Part shown: positions 1 through 11,811 of the stretch, piece after piece
How positions within the stretch are numbered: position 1 is the first letter of the stretch
Layout of the letters: each line of letters begins with the position of its first letter
Assembly: GCF_006345805.1 (NCBI RefSeq)
Contig: NW_021826031.1
Span: 1 to 64,000 of the forward strand
Direction of reading: 5' to 3'
Origin: Octopus sinensis
Taxonomy: Eukaryota
Length of the DNA: 64,000 bases
Translations under genes and position numbers: made by a program
The notes under the pieces: model-generated
Database searches by the model: none
The model's input: the letters and a program-made list of their open reading frames with translations, nothing else
Told to the model about the DNA's origin: nothing

Positions 1-480
1 AATGTTTCCCCGAGATAGCCATCTCACCTCAGTGTGGAATAACAAAGCCTTTCCATCCTTTTCAAATTCTTCGCAAATAAGTCTGAAAATGCGCGAATTT
101 AAAGCACTCTTTTTAATATAATTTATGATATGTACGACATCATCGAGAACATATCTTAAATCTGAAGGTAATGTTTTTGCAGCAAGTGCATATCGATGTA
201 GCATACAATGCATATGTTTCGTATCCTGGTTAGCAAGTCTAACTTGGCCTCTAAAGCCAGAATGAAAGCCAAGCATTGCTGGAGCTCCATCGGTTGTGCA
301 ACAACATACATTATTCCAAGATAACCCAACACTGTCAAAAAACATAGAAATTGCTTGAAAAATATCTTCTCCTTTAGTGGTAAAACCATCTTACCCCTTC
401 TAAGCTTGCGTTTTAAAATTTTCAATAAACATTGGTTAGCAATTTTTTTAACGACCACTGTACCATATGAGTACACTCCA
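1..480 (-). mobile_element. Buster/SCAND3-ZBED8-like hAT transposase remnant (duplicate of 12756-13235)
   Basis: Same sequence as the hAT at 11812-13235; encodes the TDGAPAM, HCMLHR and HTEVRWLSRG-adjacent region. Confidence 0.85.
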
Positions 481-1023
481 AGCAGCTCTCTTAAATTCCC
501 TCCGTGTGGGGACCGACACCACAGTGCCTTGAAAATCTCAATACTACTTCCCCTTATTGTAGATTATTAACAAATCTCGGCTGATCTGCAACCAAACTGC
601 ACTACCGAAAGAGTGGAATCAATTTGTTCACGATTGAATGTAAACGACTGGTGGGTGAACGGTTTATTACTGGCACTTAAGTAGGTTTATTAACACAGAA
701 TAGAGATTTGTTAGAGAAATGTGGAAAGTTGGTGACTGGTTGAGTCAGTTCAAAACACCGGACAGTGATATTTTGTTATGACATTCATGAAATAATCCCC
801 TAACCCTACCCTAAACCCTTAAGAAGTACGCTCAGACCTTAAAGGAAAGGACTACTTGGCGTTTACTTTAGTACTAGTCGTTTTAAATATAGTTTGATCT
901 CAATTTTATTTCAAATTGTGTTTGACTTGTTAAATTTCCTAATATTTTGATGAGTTACTTCTATAATCCATTAAATAAGAAATTAAACGTTCTTTTCAAA
1001 TTAGTAATCGCCAATTTAATGTA

Positions 1024-1626
1024 TTAAAGCAACTTATTAATATTTTCTTCGAACGTCTACTAAATGTATTATACACATCAACTAATGGATAATCTGTAGG
1101 CCCGAATCGAGCAACCGGGACACCGTCAGAATCAGTTAAGAACTTAGTAAAGTTCCATTTAATAGCACTGAGTGGAATATACATATAACGTACTTGACAA
1201 TTGTACCTTCAAGTTTATTTTTTAGGAGTTTGAAGAGCGGATGAGTTGAGTTTCCATTGACATTTACTTTCGCGAATAATTCATAATTTTTACACTCTCC
1301 CAAAAAGTTTTTTACGAAACTCTTTGTTTCTTCAATTTCAGAAAATTCCTAAAATTTTTTAAAGATGGAAACTTGATTCAAGAATTGGCCGCTTGGAAAT
1401 AGAAGAAGCTTGAAATTTTTTTCTGCAAGTTTGTCGATAAGAATCCTAAATTCTTGGAGATTTCTCTTTGCGAGGCCACATTTGCATGCGATGTTAACAA
1501 CAAGACAAATGTTGCCACTTTCATTAAATTAATAAAATAACTTAAATTTCGATAGTGGTACTTCTTTCCTTCGCAGTTAGTTGTTGAGAATTGAAAAATA
1601 CTTCCTTCTTTAATATATGAGGACAT
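1024..1626 (-). pseudogene. Cys-type glutathione peroxidase, copy 1, with a 1-bp deletion frameshift in exon 1 (decay or assembly error)
   Basis: Same gene as 13779-14383 but reads gtggtacttctttcc where copy 2 reads gtggtacttcctttcc, which shifts the frame before the VNIACKCG motif. Confidence 0.75.
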
Positions 1627-1989
1627 TTTTGCAATTTTGTTCGTCAGGAACGACTAATTAAATATAAGACCATTACCACCAAGCGAGCTATGTGAGTCGT
1701 AACAATGTTTTGTTAATTTTTTAAACTAAGATAAGTTTAATAAAACAAAGTTAAAAAAACGCTTTTCAGATATTCAGACGAATCCCAAAGAATTTTCAAT
1801 TTTTACGTCTTCTTTTACAGTATCTAAAGAAAGTTGGAGAGGAGTCCCCCTGAAGAATTTCCGCCAAAATAGCAAGCAAGGAGGCGTTTTCCTTGGAGGC
1901 ATTACTCTATCTGACTTTGCACACGGGGCATACTTCTTCTCTTGTCCAGAGAAATGATTGACACTGTTCTTTCTTATTATAATGAACAG

Positions 1990-2350
1990 ATATTATTTGG
2001 GGTATCTGGGATGCTCATTTTATTCGATGTAGCAATTGCACTGGGCATCTCTAATCTACGCCTAATCGTACGAAGAATTGAACGAGCCCACAGACCAAAA
2101 TTACTGCCGTGCTTAAAAATGTATGGTTCCGGAGCAGTGGCTGAACTTGTAAGACTACTGGTTGCCTTTTAGACGAAGAATGTCCGAAATAGCAGAGTGT
2201 TTGTCTCTTTAGTAGTCGACACATCTGGAATGCAGGACCTGCCATTCTTAGCCTGCTCCGACTCCTTGGGTCGCTTATAAAGAGGGTGACCGGCGACTTT
2301 CTCGAGCACAGTATCTCCCGAGCAAGTCTCTCTGCCTATAGTCAAAAATA
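1990..2350 (+). mobile_element. Degenerate CRE-type (REL endonuclease) non-LTR retrotransposon 3' fragment
   Basis: Frames give RVFVSLVVDTSGMQ..AILSLLRLLGSLIKRVTGDFLEH, matching RVFVPLAVETSGIQGPSTRTLIQRIASLIERVTGD at 10133-10528. A second copy lies at about 14750-15110. Confidence 0.65.
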
Positions 2351-2472
2351 ATTCCCCGGCTATTCTCCTAACTCTTTCATTTTGAATTAATATCCAATTA
2401 ACATAATAAAAATTATTTCATTGTCTAATAGTTACCAATGTAAATCTTACGGAGTTATCCCTGTGGCTTATA

Positions 2473-3038
2473 CAGTCAAACCTCTAAATCACGCCATTTT
2501 TTGGGATCGACCAAATCTTGGCGAAATTTAATTATTTAAAATTGTAACAAAGTTAATAAATTCTTAAATTGTTTGAAAATTTGAAGATCACGATTCCATG
2601 AAAGAAGCCATTCGTTAAAATTTTTGCTAATGATCCCGACTTTTTAGAATTTCTATAATCAATATATTTTTCCACATTAAAATTCTTAAAGCGTCTAGGT
2701 TTCTTGAACTTTCCAATTAACAGTGAATTTTTTTATCTGTTCCAGTTATCACTATCAAGCATTTTTTCTTTCTCAAGCGTGAAATATTTATTGATCTTCT
2801 TAAAATTTTTTTTCTTACGATGAAAAAAAAAACAGAAGCTATATTTTCCATTGTCGTGGTTAAAATGATTTTATATTAGTGTTAGTTTAACCAAAAAAAT
2901 TTTTTTAATAATGCAAAATAGTGGCGAGATTTGGAATTGGCGAGAAAATAGAGTTTCTTTAAAAATTTTCAATTTTTTTAAAGTGTGGGGAACAATAGAG
3001 GTGGCGAGCAATAGAGGTAGAGCAATAGAGGTTTGACT
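2473..3038 (-). mobile_element. Internally deleted pogo/Tigger element (MITE-like), copy 1
   Basis: ta|cagtcaaacctcta ... tagaggtttgact(g)|ta terminal inverted repeats with TA flanks; internal minus-strand LLIGKFKKPRRFKNF...EWLLSW is a DDE_1 remnant. Confidence 0.85.
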
Positions 3039-3375
3039 TACATGGGAATAATTATCTTGAATTTAGGGAATTCTATTTTTGTTTAGAATCCTAAAGACAA
3101 GTTCTCTCATTGCAACTCCCATTTCAACAAAATGTGATCAGGTGCTCAATAGTGATTATTCGCGGTGGCGAAATTAAGTCGTCAGCTGCATTCATATAGA
3201 TCTTTGTAGATAATATGCCATTAAATAATCAGAGTCGGGACACACTTTGTGCAATCTACAGTAGCTAATGAATTTGTAAAATACGTGAGGGCACGACAAT
3301 AAATATTGGCATCATTGTCCAAAGTAATAAGGCTGATATCTTTGTTCTGAATAAGACAAATAACTATAATTTTAA

Positions 3376-6300
3376 GGGGATCAGTTTGAAATATTTCTGG
3401 ATAATTGCGCTTTTTACAGCTCGTCTAAAACCTTTTTCTCTACTCTATTCTGGCGTTTTAAAATTTTCAGCAAAGAGGGTGTAATTAAAAAGATCCTACT
3501 CAGTTCCCCACGTGTGTGATATCAATCAAGCTCATTTTTTCAGTGGATCAGTTTGAAATATTTTAGGATAATTTGCGCTTTTTACAGCTCGTCTAAAACC
3601 TTTTTATATACTCTATTCTGGCTTTTTAAAATTTTCAGCAAGATTTGCGTAATTATAAAGATCTTACTCAGTTCTCCACGTGTGTGATATCAATCGAGCT
3701 ATTTTTTCAGGGGATCAGTTTGAAATATTTCTGGATAATATGCGCTTTTTACAGCTCGTCTAAAAACTTTTTATCTACTCTATTCTGGCGTTTTAAAATT
3801 TTTAGCAAGATTTGCGTGATTATAAAGATCCCTACTCAGTTCTCCACGTGTGGGATATCAATCGAGCTCATTTTTTCAGGGGATCAGTTTGAAATATTTT
3901 AGGATAATTTGCGCTTTTTACAGCTCGTCTAAAACCTTTTTATATACTCTATTCTGGCTTTTTAAAATTTTCAGCAAGATTTGCGTAATTATAAAGATCC
4001 CTACTCAGTTCTCCACGTGTGTGATATCAATCAAGCTCATTTTTTCAGGGGATCAGTTTGAAATATTTCTGGATATATGCGCTTATTACAGCTCGTCTAA
4101 AACCTTTTTATCTACTCTATTCTGGCGTTTTAAAATTTTCATCAAGATTTGCGTAATTATAAAGATCTTACTCAGTTCTCCACGTGTGTGATATCAATCG
4201 AGCTCATTTTTTCAGGGGATCAGTTTGAAATATTTCTGGATAATATGCGCTTTTTACAGCTCGTCTAAAACCTTTTTATCTACTCTATTCTGGCGTTTTA
4301 AAATTTTTAGCAAGATTGCTTGATTATAAAGATCCCTACTCAGTTCTCCACGTGTGTGATATCAATCGAGCTCATTTTTTCAGGGGATCAGTTTGAAATA
4401 TTTTAGGATAATTTGCGCTTTTTACAGCTCGTCTAAAACCTTTTTATATACTCTATTCTGGCTTTTTAAAATTTTCAGCAAGATTTGCGTAATTATAAAG
4501 ATCCCTACTCAGTTCTCCACGTGTGTGATATCAATCAAGCTCATTTTTTCAGGGGATCAGTTTGAAATATTTCTGGATAATATGCGCTTTTTACAGCTCG
4601 TCTAAAACCTTTTTATCTACTCTATTCTGGCGTTTTAAAATTTTCATCAAGATTTGCGTAATTATAAAGATCCCTACTCAGTTCTCCACGTGTGTGATAT
4701 CAATCGAGCTCATTTTTTCAGGGGATCATTTTGAAATATTTCTGGATAATATGCGCTTTTTACAGCTCGTCTAAAACCTTTTTATATACTCTATTCTGGC
4801 TTTTTAAAATTTTCAGCAAGATTTGCGTAATTATAAAGATCTTACTCAGTTCTCCACGTGTGTGATATCAATCGAGCTCATTTTTTCAGGGGATCAGTTT
4901 GAAATATTTCTGGATAATATGCGCTTTTTACAGCTCGTCTAAAAACTTTTTATCTACTCTATTCTGGCGTTTTAAAATTTTTAGCAAGATTTGCGTGATT
5001 ATAAAGATCCCTACTCAGTTCTCCACGTGTGGGATATCAATCGAGCTGATTTTTTCAGGGGATCAGTTTGAAATATTTCTGGATAATATGCGCTTTTTAC
5101 AGCTCGTCTAAAACCTTTTTCTCTACTCTATTCTGGCGTTTTAAAATTTTCAGCAAGATTTGGGTAATTATAAAGATCCCTACTCAGTTCTCCACGTGTG
5201 TGATATCAATCGAGCTCATTTTTTCAGGGGATCAGTTTGAAATATTTTAGGATAATTTGCGCTTTTTACAGCTCGTCTAAAACCTTTTTATATACTCTAT
5301 TCTGGCTTTTTAAAATTTCAGCAAGATTTGCGTAATTATAAAGATCCCTACTCAGTTCTCCACGTGTGTGATATCAATCGAGCTCATTTTTTCAGGGGAT
5401 CAGTTTGAAATATTTTAGGATAATATGCGCTTTTTACAGCTCGTCTAAAACCTTTTTATATACTCTATTCTGGCTTTTTAAAATTTTCAGCAAGATTTGC
5501 GTATTATAAAGATCTTACTCAGTTCTCCACTGTGTGATATCAATCGAGCGCATTTTTTCAAGGGATCAGTTTGAAATATTTCTGGATAATATGCGCTTTT
5601 TACAGCTCGTCTAAAAACTTTTTATCTACTCTATTCTGGCGTTTTAAAATTTTTAGCAAGATTTGCGTGATTATAAAGATCCCTACTCAGTTCTCCACGT
5701 GTGTGATATCAATCGAGCTCATTTTTTCAGGGGATCAGTTTGAAATATTTCTGGATAATATGCGCTTTTTACAGCTCGTCTAAAACCTTTTTATATACTC
5801 TATTCTGGCTTTTTAAAATTTTCAGCAAGATTTGCGTAATTAAAAAGATCCCTACTCAGTTCTCCACGTGTGTGATATCAATCGAGCTCATTTTTTCAGG
5901 GGATCAGTTTGAAATATTTTAGGATAATTTGCGCTTTTTACAGCTCGTCTAAAACCTTTTTATATACTCTATTCTGGCTTTTTAAAATTTTCAGCAAGAT
6001 TTGCGTAATTATAAAGATCCCTACTCAGTTCTCCACGTGTGTGATATCAATCAAGCTCATTTTTTCAGGGGATCAGTTTGAAATATTTCTGGATAATTTG
6101 CGCTTTTTACAGCTCGTCTAAAACCTTTTTATATACTCTATTCTGGCTTTTTAAAATTTTCAGCAAGATTTGCGTAATTAAAAAGATCCCTACTCAGTTC
6201 TCCACGTGTGTAATATCAATCAAGCTCATTTTTTCAGTGGATCAGTTTGAAATATTTTAGGATAATTTCGCTTTTTACAGCTCGTCTAAAACCTTTTTAT

Positions 6301-6552
6301 ATACTCTATTCTGGCTTTTTAAAATTTTTAGCAAGATTTGCGTAATTATAAGATCCCTACTCAGTTCTCCACGTGTGTGATATCAATCAAGCTCATTTTT
6401 CAGCGGATCAGTTTGAAATATTTCTGGATAATTTGCGCTTTTTACAGCTCGTCTAAAACCTTTTTATATACTCTATTCTGGCTTTTTAAAATTTTCAGCA
6501 AGATTTGGGTAATTATAAAGATCCCTACTCGGTTCTCCACGTGTGTGATATC
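3376..6552. repeat. 169-bp tandem satellite, left arm (about 19 units)
   Basis: Unit gatcagtttgaaatatttctggataat...ctccacgtgtgtgatatcaatcgagctcattttttcagggg. Repeated ORF starts are spaced 169 bp apart (4393/4562; 5571/5740/5909/6078). Confidence 0.99.
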
Positions 6553-8329
6553 TAGGGCAATTTAAGTTAAAAAAGTTAAAATATATGAAAATGTGTATTT
6601 TGGCTTAAAAGTAAAAATAAAGTATTTTTTAAATGAAATAGTTACTTATTAAAGAAAAAAATAAAGTTAAAAAGTTAAAAAAAATTTTTTATAAAGTTAA
6701 AAATTTTAACTTTATTTAAAATAGCGCGTGGGTGTTTAGTATGCCAAGAACTGCAAAAACAATGTATTTTAAGGCAAAAAAAATTGTTATTGAATATCCG
6801 CTGGAGTTTTTATTACGAGAGAATGGCGAGTTGCAATGTCAACTTTGCTTATGCACAGTCAGGTGTGAGAAAAAGCATTTTGTGAATTCTCACCGAGAAT
6901 CGAAGAAGCACTCAAATTTATTAAGTTTTACAAATTAATATAATTTTTAGAGAATAATTTCTATCAGCCTTGTTTGGACGAGTTACCCAATGATGACTGG
7001 TCAATGCAAGTCACTAAAGCATTTATTCAATGCGATATACCCTTGCATAAATTGACTATGCCTCCTCTAAAGAATTTATTCAAGAATACTTCTTTGCCTC
7101 TTCCTTCCCAATACAAAGCAAGAATGTGCGTTAAACAATTGAAAACTGAATATATTGTATTATTTCAAGAAAAGTTTAGGTTTATGAATATATAATTTTT
7201 TAGAAATCAACTTGTATTCGCCATAAGTGACGAGGTCACTATTCGTAGTCAAAAATTTGTTGCAGTTTTAATGGGGATACTTAAAAATCCCGATAAAACT
7301 TATTTGATTTCTTTCGTAAAAATTGATAAAACTTCTACCAAAGAAACAATTATTCAAATTGTTGACGATACGATTAAATGCGTTTTAATTGAAAGACAAA
7401 ATTTCCTTCTCCTAATAACAGATTCCGCTAAATATATGCTAGCAGGTTTTAATTTAACATATAATTATAGCTGGAAAGTTCTTAAGCTTTTATATCCAAG
7501 GTTATTTCACGTAACTTGTGTTGCTCATCTGATGCATAATTGTTCAATGAAAATCAGGACTATTTATCCTGAAATTGATTCTCTTATTGCATCAATTCAA
7601 GCGGCAATAACAAAAAATAACAAGAGAAAACGACTATTTACGAAATTGGAATTCCACCTCATGTAGTTTTAACTAGATGGGGTACTTGGCTAACTGCTGC
7701 ATTTTATTATGCAAAAAATTTAATACATGTGATAAACATTTTCAAAACAATTCCTGATGATGGAATCATTGTTCAGGCTGCAAAAAATAGCCTAAGAGAT
7801 GAATCTCTAGTAAAAAGCTTAAGTTCTATTGTTAGAAATTATTCGACAATTCCAGGTAAAACTAGTTTAATAATAGCAGAATTATTGTGCAAATTTGAAA
7901 GTTCTCACTCCTCAATAGAGTTAGCTTACAATGAGCTAAAGAATTTAAAATTTGACGACGAATCAGATATAATTGAAAAATATTTGAATGAACGATTACA
8001 AAAAAATGATTTATGTCAAATTATAAGAATGACAAATTCATCAATTTCTCCTGAAGAATATTGTATGCTTTTAAAGTGTCAGCCTTCATCCTCTTCCATA
8101 GAACGATGCTTCTCTCAAATTAAAAACTTTATGAGGGATAACAGAAATTTTAATATTGAAAATATAGAGAATTATGTTATATGTTTGTATAATAAATGAT
8201 TCTTAAGTTAAAATTTGTTAGGTTAAAATTTTTGTTTTATAGGTTAAAATTTGGTTATTTTTAGGTTAAAAAGTTAAAATTTTTAGGTTAAAAAATCGAA
8301 GTTTTTAGGTTAAAAAAAAAATTGCCCTA
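6553..8329 (+). mobile_element. Full-length hAT-superfamily DNA transposon (CGGBP1-like zinc finger plus DDE transposase), 1777 bp
   Basis: TIR tagggcaattt/aaattgcccta with a perfect 8-bp TSD gtgatatc (6545-6552, 8330-8337). CDS 6741-8199: C2H2 finger CQLC..HRESKKH, ISDE, ITDSAKYM, HVTCVAHLMHN, TRWGTW, SIERCFS. Introns at 6925-6950, 7180-7203, 7446-7470 and probably 7856-7876/7879; two 1-bp deletions. Confidence 0.95.
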
Positions 8330-9159
8330 GTGATATCAATCGAGCTCATTTTTTCAGGGAATCAGTTTGAAATATTTCTGGATAATATGCGCTTATTACA
8401 GCTCGTCTAAAACCTTTTTATCTACTCTATTCTGGCGTTTTAAAATTTTCAGCAAGATTTGCGTAATTATAAAGATCCCTACTCAGTTCTCCACGTGTGT
8501 GATATCAATCGAGCTCATTTTTTCAGGGGATCAGTTTGAAATATTTCTGGATAATATGCGCTTTTTATAGCTCGTCTAAAACCTATTTATCTACTCTATT
8601 CTGGCGTTTTAAAATTTTCAGCAAGATTTGCGTAATTATAAAGATCCCTACTCAGTTCTCCACGTGTGTGATATCAATCGAGCTCATTTTTTCAGGGGAT
8701 CAGTTTGACATATTTCTGGATAATATGCGCTTTTTACAGCTCGTCTAAAACCTTTTTATCTACTCTATTCTGGCGTTTTAAAATTTTCAGCAAGATTTGC
8801 GTAATTATAAAGATCCCTACTCAGTTCTCCACGTGTGTGATATCAATCGAGCTCATTTTTTCAGGGGATCAGTTTTCATATTTCTGGATAATATGCCGCT
8901 TTTTACAGCTCGTCTAAAACCTTTTTATCTACTCTATTCTGGCTTTTTAAAATTTTCAGCAAGATTTGCGTAATTATAAAGATCCCTACTCAGTTCTCCA
9001 CGTGTGTGATATCAATCGAGCTCATTTTTTCAGGGGATCAGTTTGACATATTTCTGGATAATATGCGCTTTTTACAGCTCGTCTAAAACCTTTTTATCTA
9101 CTCTATTCTGGCGTTTTAAAATTTTCTGCTAGATTTGCGTAATTATAAAGATCCCTACT
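8330..9159. repeat. 169-bp tandem satellite, right arm (about 5 units)
   Basis: The array resumes in register after the TSD; ORF starts at 8367/8536/8705 are spaced 169 bp apart. Confidence 0.98.
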
Positions 9160-9546
9160 GTTTAGAGATCAACTGTTTAGCGATCGAGAAAGAATTAGAG
9201 CGTACTATCGCAAGGGATATCCGCTCGAAAAACCATCTCGATTCGCGGGCGTCGCCTGTAATGGCAGACATGTGGGACCCGGTCTCCTGAACGAAGCTGA
9301 TTGCCTTACTGCCCAAGGAACCGGAAGTCTCAACCGCGAATGGAAGGAATTGGAACTTCTCCGTAACTGAGGAGTACTTCCGCATCTTTTTGCATTCCGC
9401 GGTTGTGGCAATAGATCCAGGAGCGGAGGCGGATATCAGCAGGTTCTGAGGCGAGAAAGAGTCCACACACGTGGCATCCCAGGTGAGAGGCTTCCCCCTG
9501 TTGAAAGGAAACACAGTTATCCCGTCAGGCCTTTTTCCGTCCCCCC
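9155..9546 (-). mobile_element. CRE-type non-LTR retrotransposon, 5'-truncated REL endonuclease
   Basis: GDGKRPDGITVFPFNRGKPLTWDATCVD...PFAVETSG...ERISLAIVRSN; the stop codon overlaps the satellite end. Confidence 0.85.
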
Positions 9547-10010
9547 GATAATTATTTCTTAATAAAATAATTATTGTCTTAAATTAAAGCAGAAACGTGT
9601 TTTCTAGCGACAAAGAATTCCGAACGGTATTTTGTTCAACTCGCAGAATACAATTTTTATTATAAAGAAATGAATAATTTCAAAAAAGGACAAATTATAT
9701 CTTTATATAATCAAAATTTCTCCTATAAAATGATTTCGGACATCGTAAATATACCGAAGACAACTGTTTGGGACTTTGTTAAAAAATATCTAAAAACCGG
9801 GATTACGTGCAGAAAGGCTGGATCTGGAAGGCCACCCAAGTTTAGTCAAGATGAAATTAGGATTCTTTTATCATTATCAACTGATAATTTTCGAACCGCA
9901 GCTACCTTGTCTTCAGAAATGGAAAAAATTACACAAAAAAGTCTCAGCACGCACAATAACAAGAATTCTAAACTCAAAAGGTTTGTATGGACGAGTTGTA
10001 AAGAAACGAC
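9547..10010 (+). mobile_element. Tc1/mariner transposase N-terminal (HTH) remnant
   Basis: KGQIISLY..ISDIVNIPKTTVWDFVKKY...GSGRPPKFS; after a frameshift VSARTITRILNSKGLYGRVVKKRP. Confidence 0.8.
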
Positions 10011-10132
10011 CCGCCCATGAAGCTTTTAATTAATTAACTTGTAGTTATTATCAAATAGTTTTTGTTTTACAAAAAAAAAAGAAATAATTTGAATTATATT
10101 AAAATTAATTAATTAAATCAAAATAGAAATAG

Positions 10133-10605
10133 TCATTGGCAGATAGCCAGAGTATTGCCTCTGACTATGGCTATAGATATTCTTTCGATTAAATACCGGT
10201 GCTCACACGGGTCGCCGGTAACCCTTTCGATTAATGAGGCAATGCGCTGGATTAGGGTCCGAGTAGAAGGCCCCTGTATTCCTGACGTCTCAACAGCTAG
10301 GGGGACAAACACTCTCCCATTCCCAATTCCAGCGTATTTCTCAGCTTTTCTTTTCTCAGCCCGTTCAGACGAGGCTCCAGGATTCTCGATGCATAATTTG
10401 ATATTCTGATTGGAAAAGGAGTTCACACACGTGACGTCCCAAACCAGACACTTTCCCCTCTGGAATGAAAATGTGGTCATCCCATCGGGTCTTCTGCCGT
10501 CCTCTACGAAAATCCCTGCAGGTTCCAATTGTGTGTGGAATCCAGCAGTTCGAAGAGATCGACAGATGATCTGGTTCAGAGAGGAAACATGTCGATCAAT
10601 TTCCC
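10133..10605 (-). mobile_element. CRE-type non-LTR retrotransposon 3' fragment inserted in a ferlin exon
   Basis: RHVSSLNQIICRSL...LEPAGIFVEDGRRPDGMTTFSFQRGKCLVWDVTC...ERISIAIVRGN; its 5' junction abuts the ferlin codons GKL. Confidence 0.88.
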
Positions 10606-11790
10606 CTTTTTAGTTTTATTAATTTTTGACAACCTTTTCAATTTCTGGCTGAATATCGTTGTACAATGGACGAGTTTCGACGTGTTCTTTCACTAAAGGC
10701 ATTGCATTTAAGATATGCAAGGCCAGTCTCTCAGAGGCCTCTCCAAAGTAATCATTTATAATTCCCGAAGTTTCTGGCAAAGTTATCAACATAAATCACC
10801 AAAGTCTTCTAAAAAAAACATCTCTCTCCGATTTTTAGAGATTTTTCAAAATAAATCGGTTTCTCCAGGTTGTTTTGACTGCAAAATGATTCCAGGATTT
10901 TCTTGGGTTTGACAGAATCTCTCCATACGTTAGGACCATCCCTGTCAACATATTTACTCGCTATATCACGTATAGTAGTTTTTTGGAAGACCACAGGTAG
11001 CTCGATGTTTCGTCAAAAGTCTATCTTCAAGGTCTATAACTGTCTTTCCGATCAAATCGTTTTTCGTATGTAAGTCGTAGTCCATCACAGAAATGACAAG
11101 GTTTTTTTCCTCCGGAATTTGCACCTTTAATTCGAACATTCTATAACATTCTAGAACTTTCATACCTCCCAAACCAAGGATTTAGGTTGGCGGGCACGTA
11201 CTCCTTTCGATTATCTATTTTTTGAGATCCAATTTTTATTTTTAAATATGGATCCGACTGAAATATTCAAATCAATGCAAACAAGTCCGGATTTGTCCAC
11301 TGGTCTGAGATCCACTGCTTTGAGGACATAGACACGGATTATACACTTTTCTTCTGATAAAAATGGAATTTTTGGAACATTCTGACATGAAACGACTCCT
11401 GCCTCAAGAGGATGAATGCGGAAACACCCCTAACAAGTATATTCACACAATAACTTTGAATTGTCCGACACATTCCGTTTCTTCGTTGTCTGTCTTTCCT
11501 CGATAAAGATTAAAAGTATTACAAAAATCGTGAAATTTTTGAAATTTGTCTGCGTCTTCTAGCGGCGTGTCATAAATCTAATAGTAAAACATTTTATATC
11601 AACTTTTATAGTTTCAAATCTTTTTTTAAAATAATTTCCGCATTTCACTGGTTCCCCCGTCGAAGCGTAGAACTTTGACCACCAATCTATTTGAATCTCC
11701 ATTTTTTCCGTGTCTGTAACCCTTTCACTGCATGAGTCACCTGCATTACAGACGAATCTTGAATCGATGTCTTTGCTCTTGTTTTCTACA
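10606..11790 (-). pseudogene. Ferlin (myoferlin/dysferlin-like) gene fragment, late C2-domain region, intron-containing
   Basis: Spliced [102 protein letters not shown]; introns 25-28 nt. No N-terminus and no C-terminal TM in the window. Confidence 0.9.
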
Positions 11791-11811
11791 TGTTATGGCC
11801 ATCAAATAACC

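Larger units (their letters stand above)
1..3375 (+). repeat. Segmental duplication, copy 1 (left end runs off the window)
   Basis: Position 1 (aatgtttccccgagatagcc) recurs at 12756, and identical ORFs sit at offset 12755 (156..476 = 12911..13231). Identity ends at taactataattttaa (3375 / 16138). Confidence 0.97.

Noticed and set aside
1942-2245. Novel duplicated small ORFs (76 aa and 64 aa)
   Set aside because: Another frame matches the CRE endonuclease region, so these are a retroelement remnant.
3376-9159. CRISPR array or repeat-encoded peptide family (the many MKYFWIICAF ORFs)
   Set aside because: Units are contiguous with no unique spacers, there are no cas genes, and the context is eukaryotic. 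The ORFs are by-products of the satellite, with TTG starts and frames broken between units.
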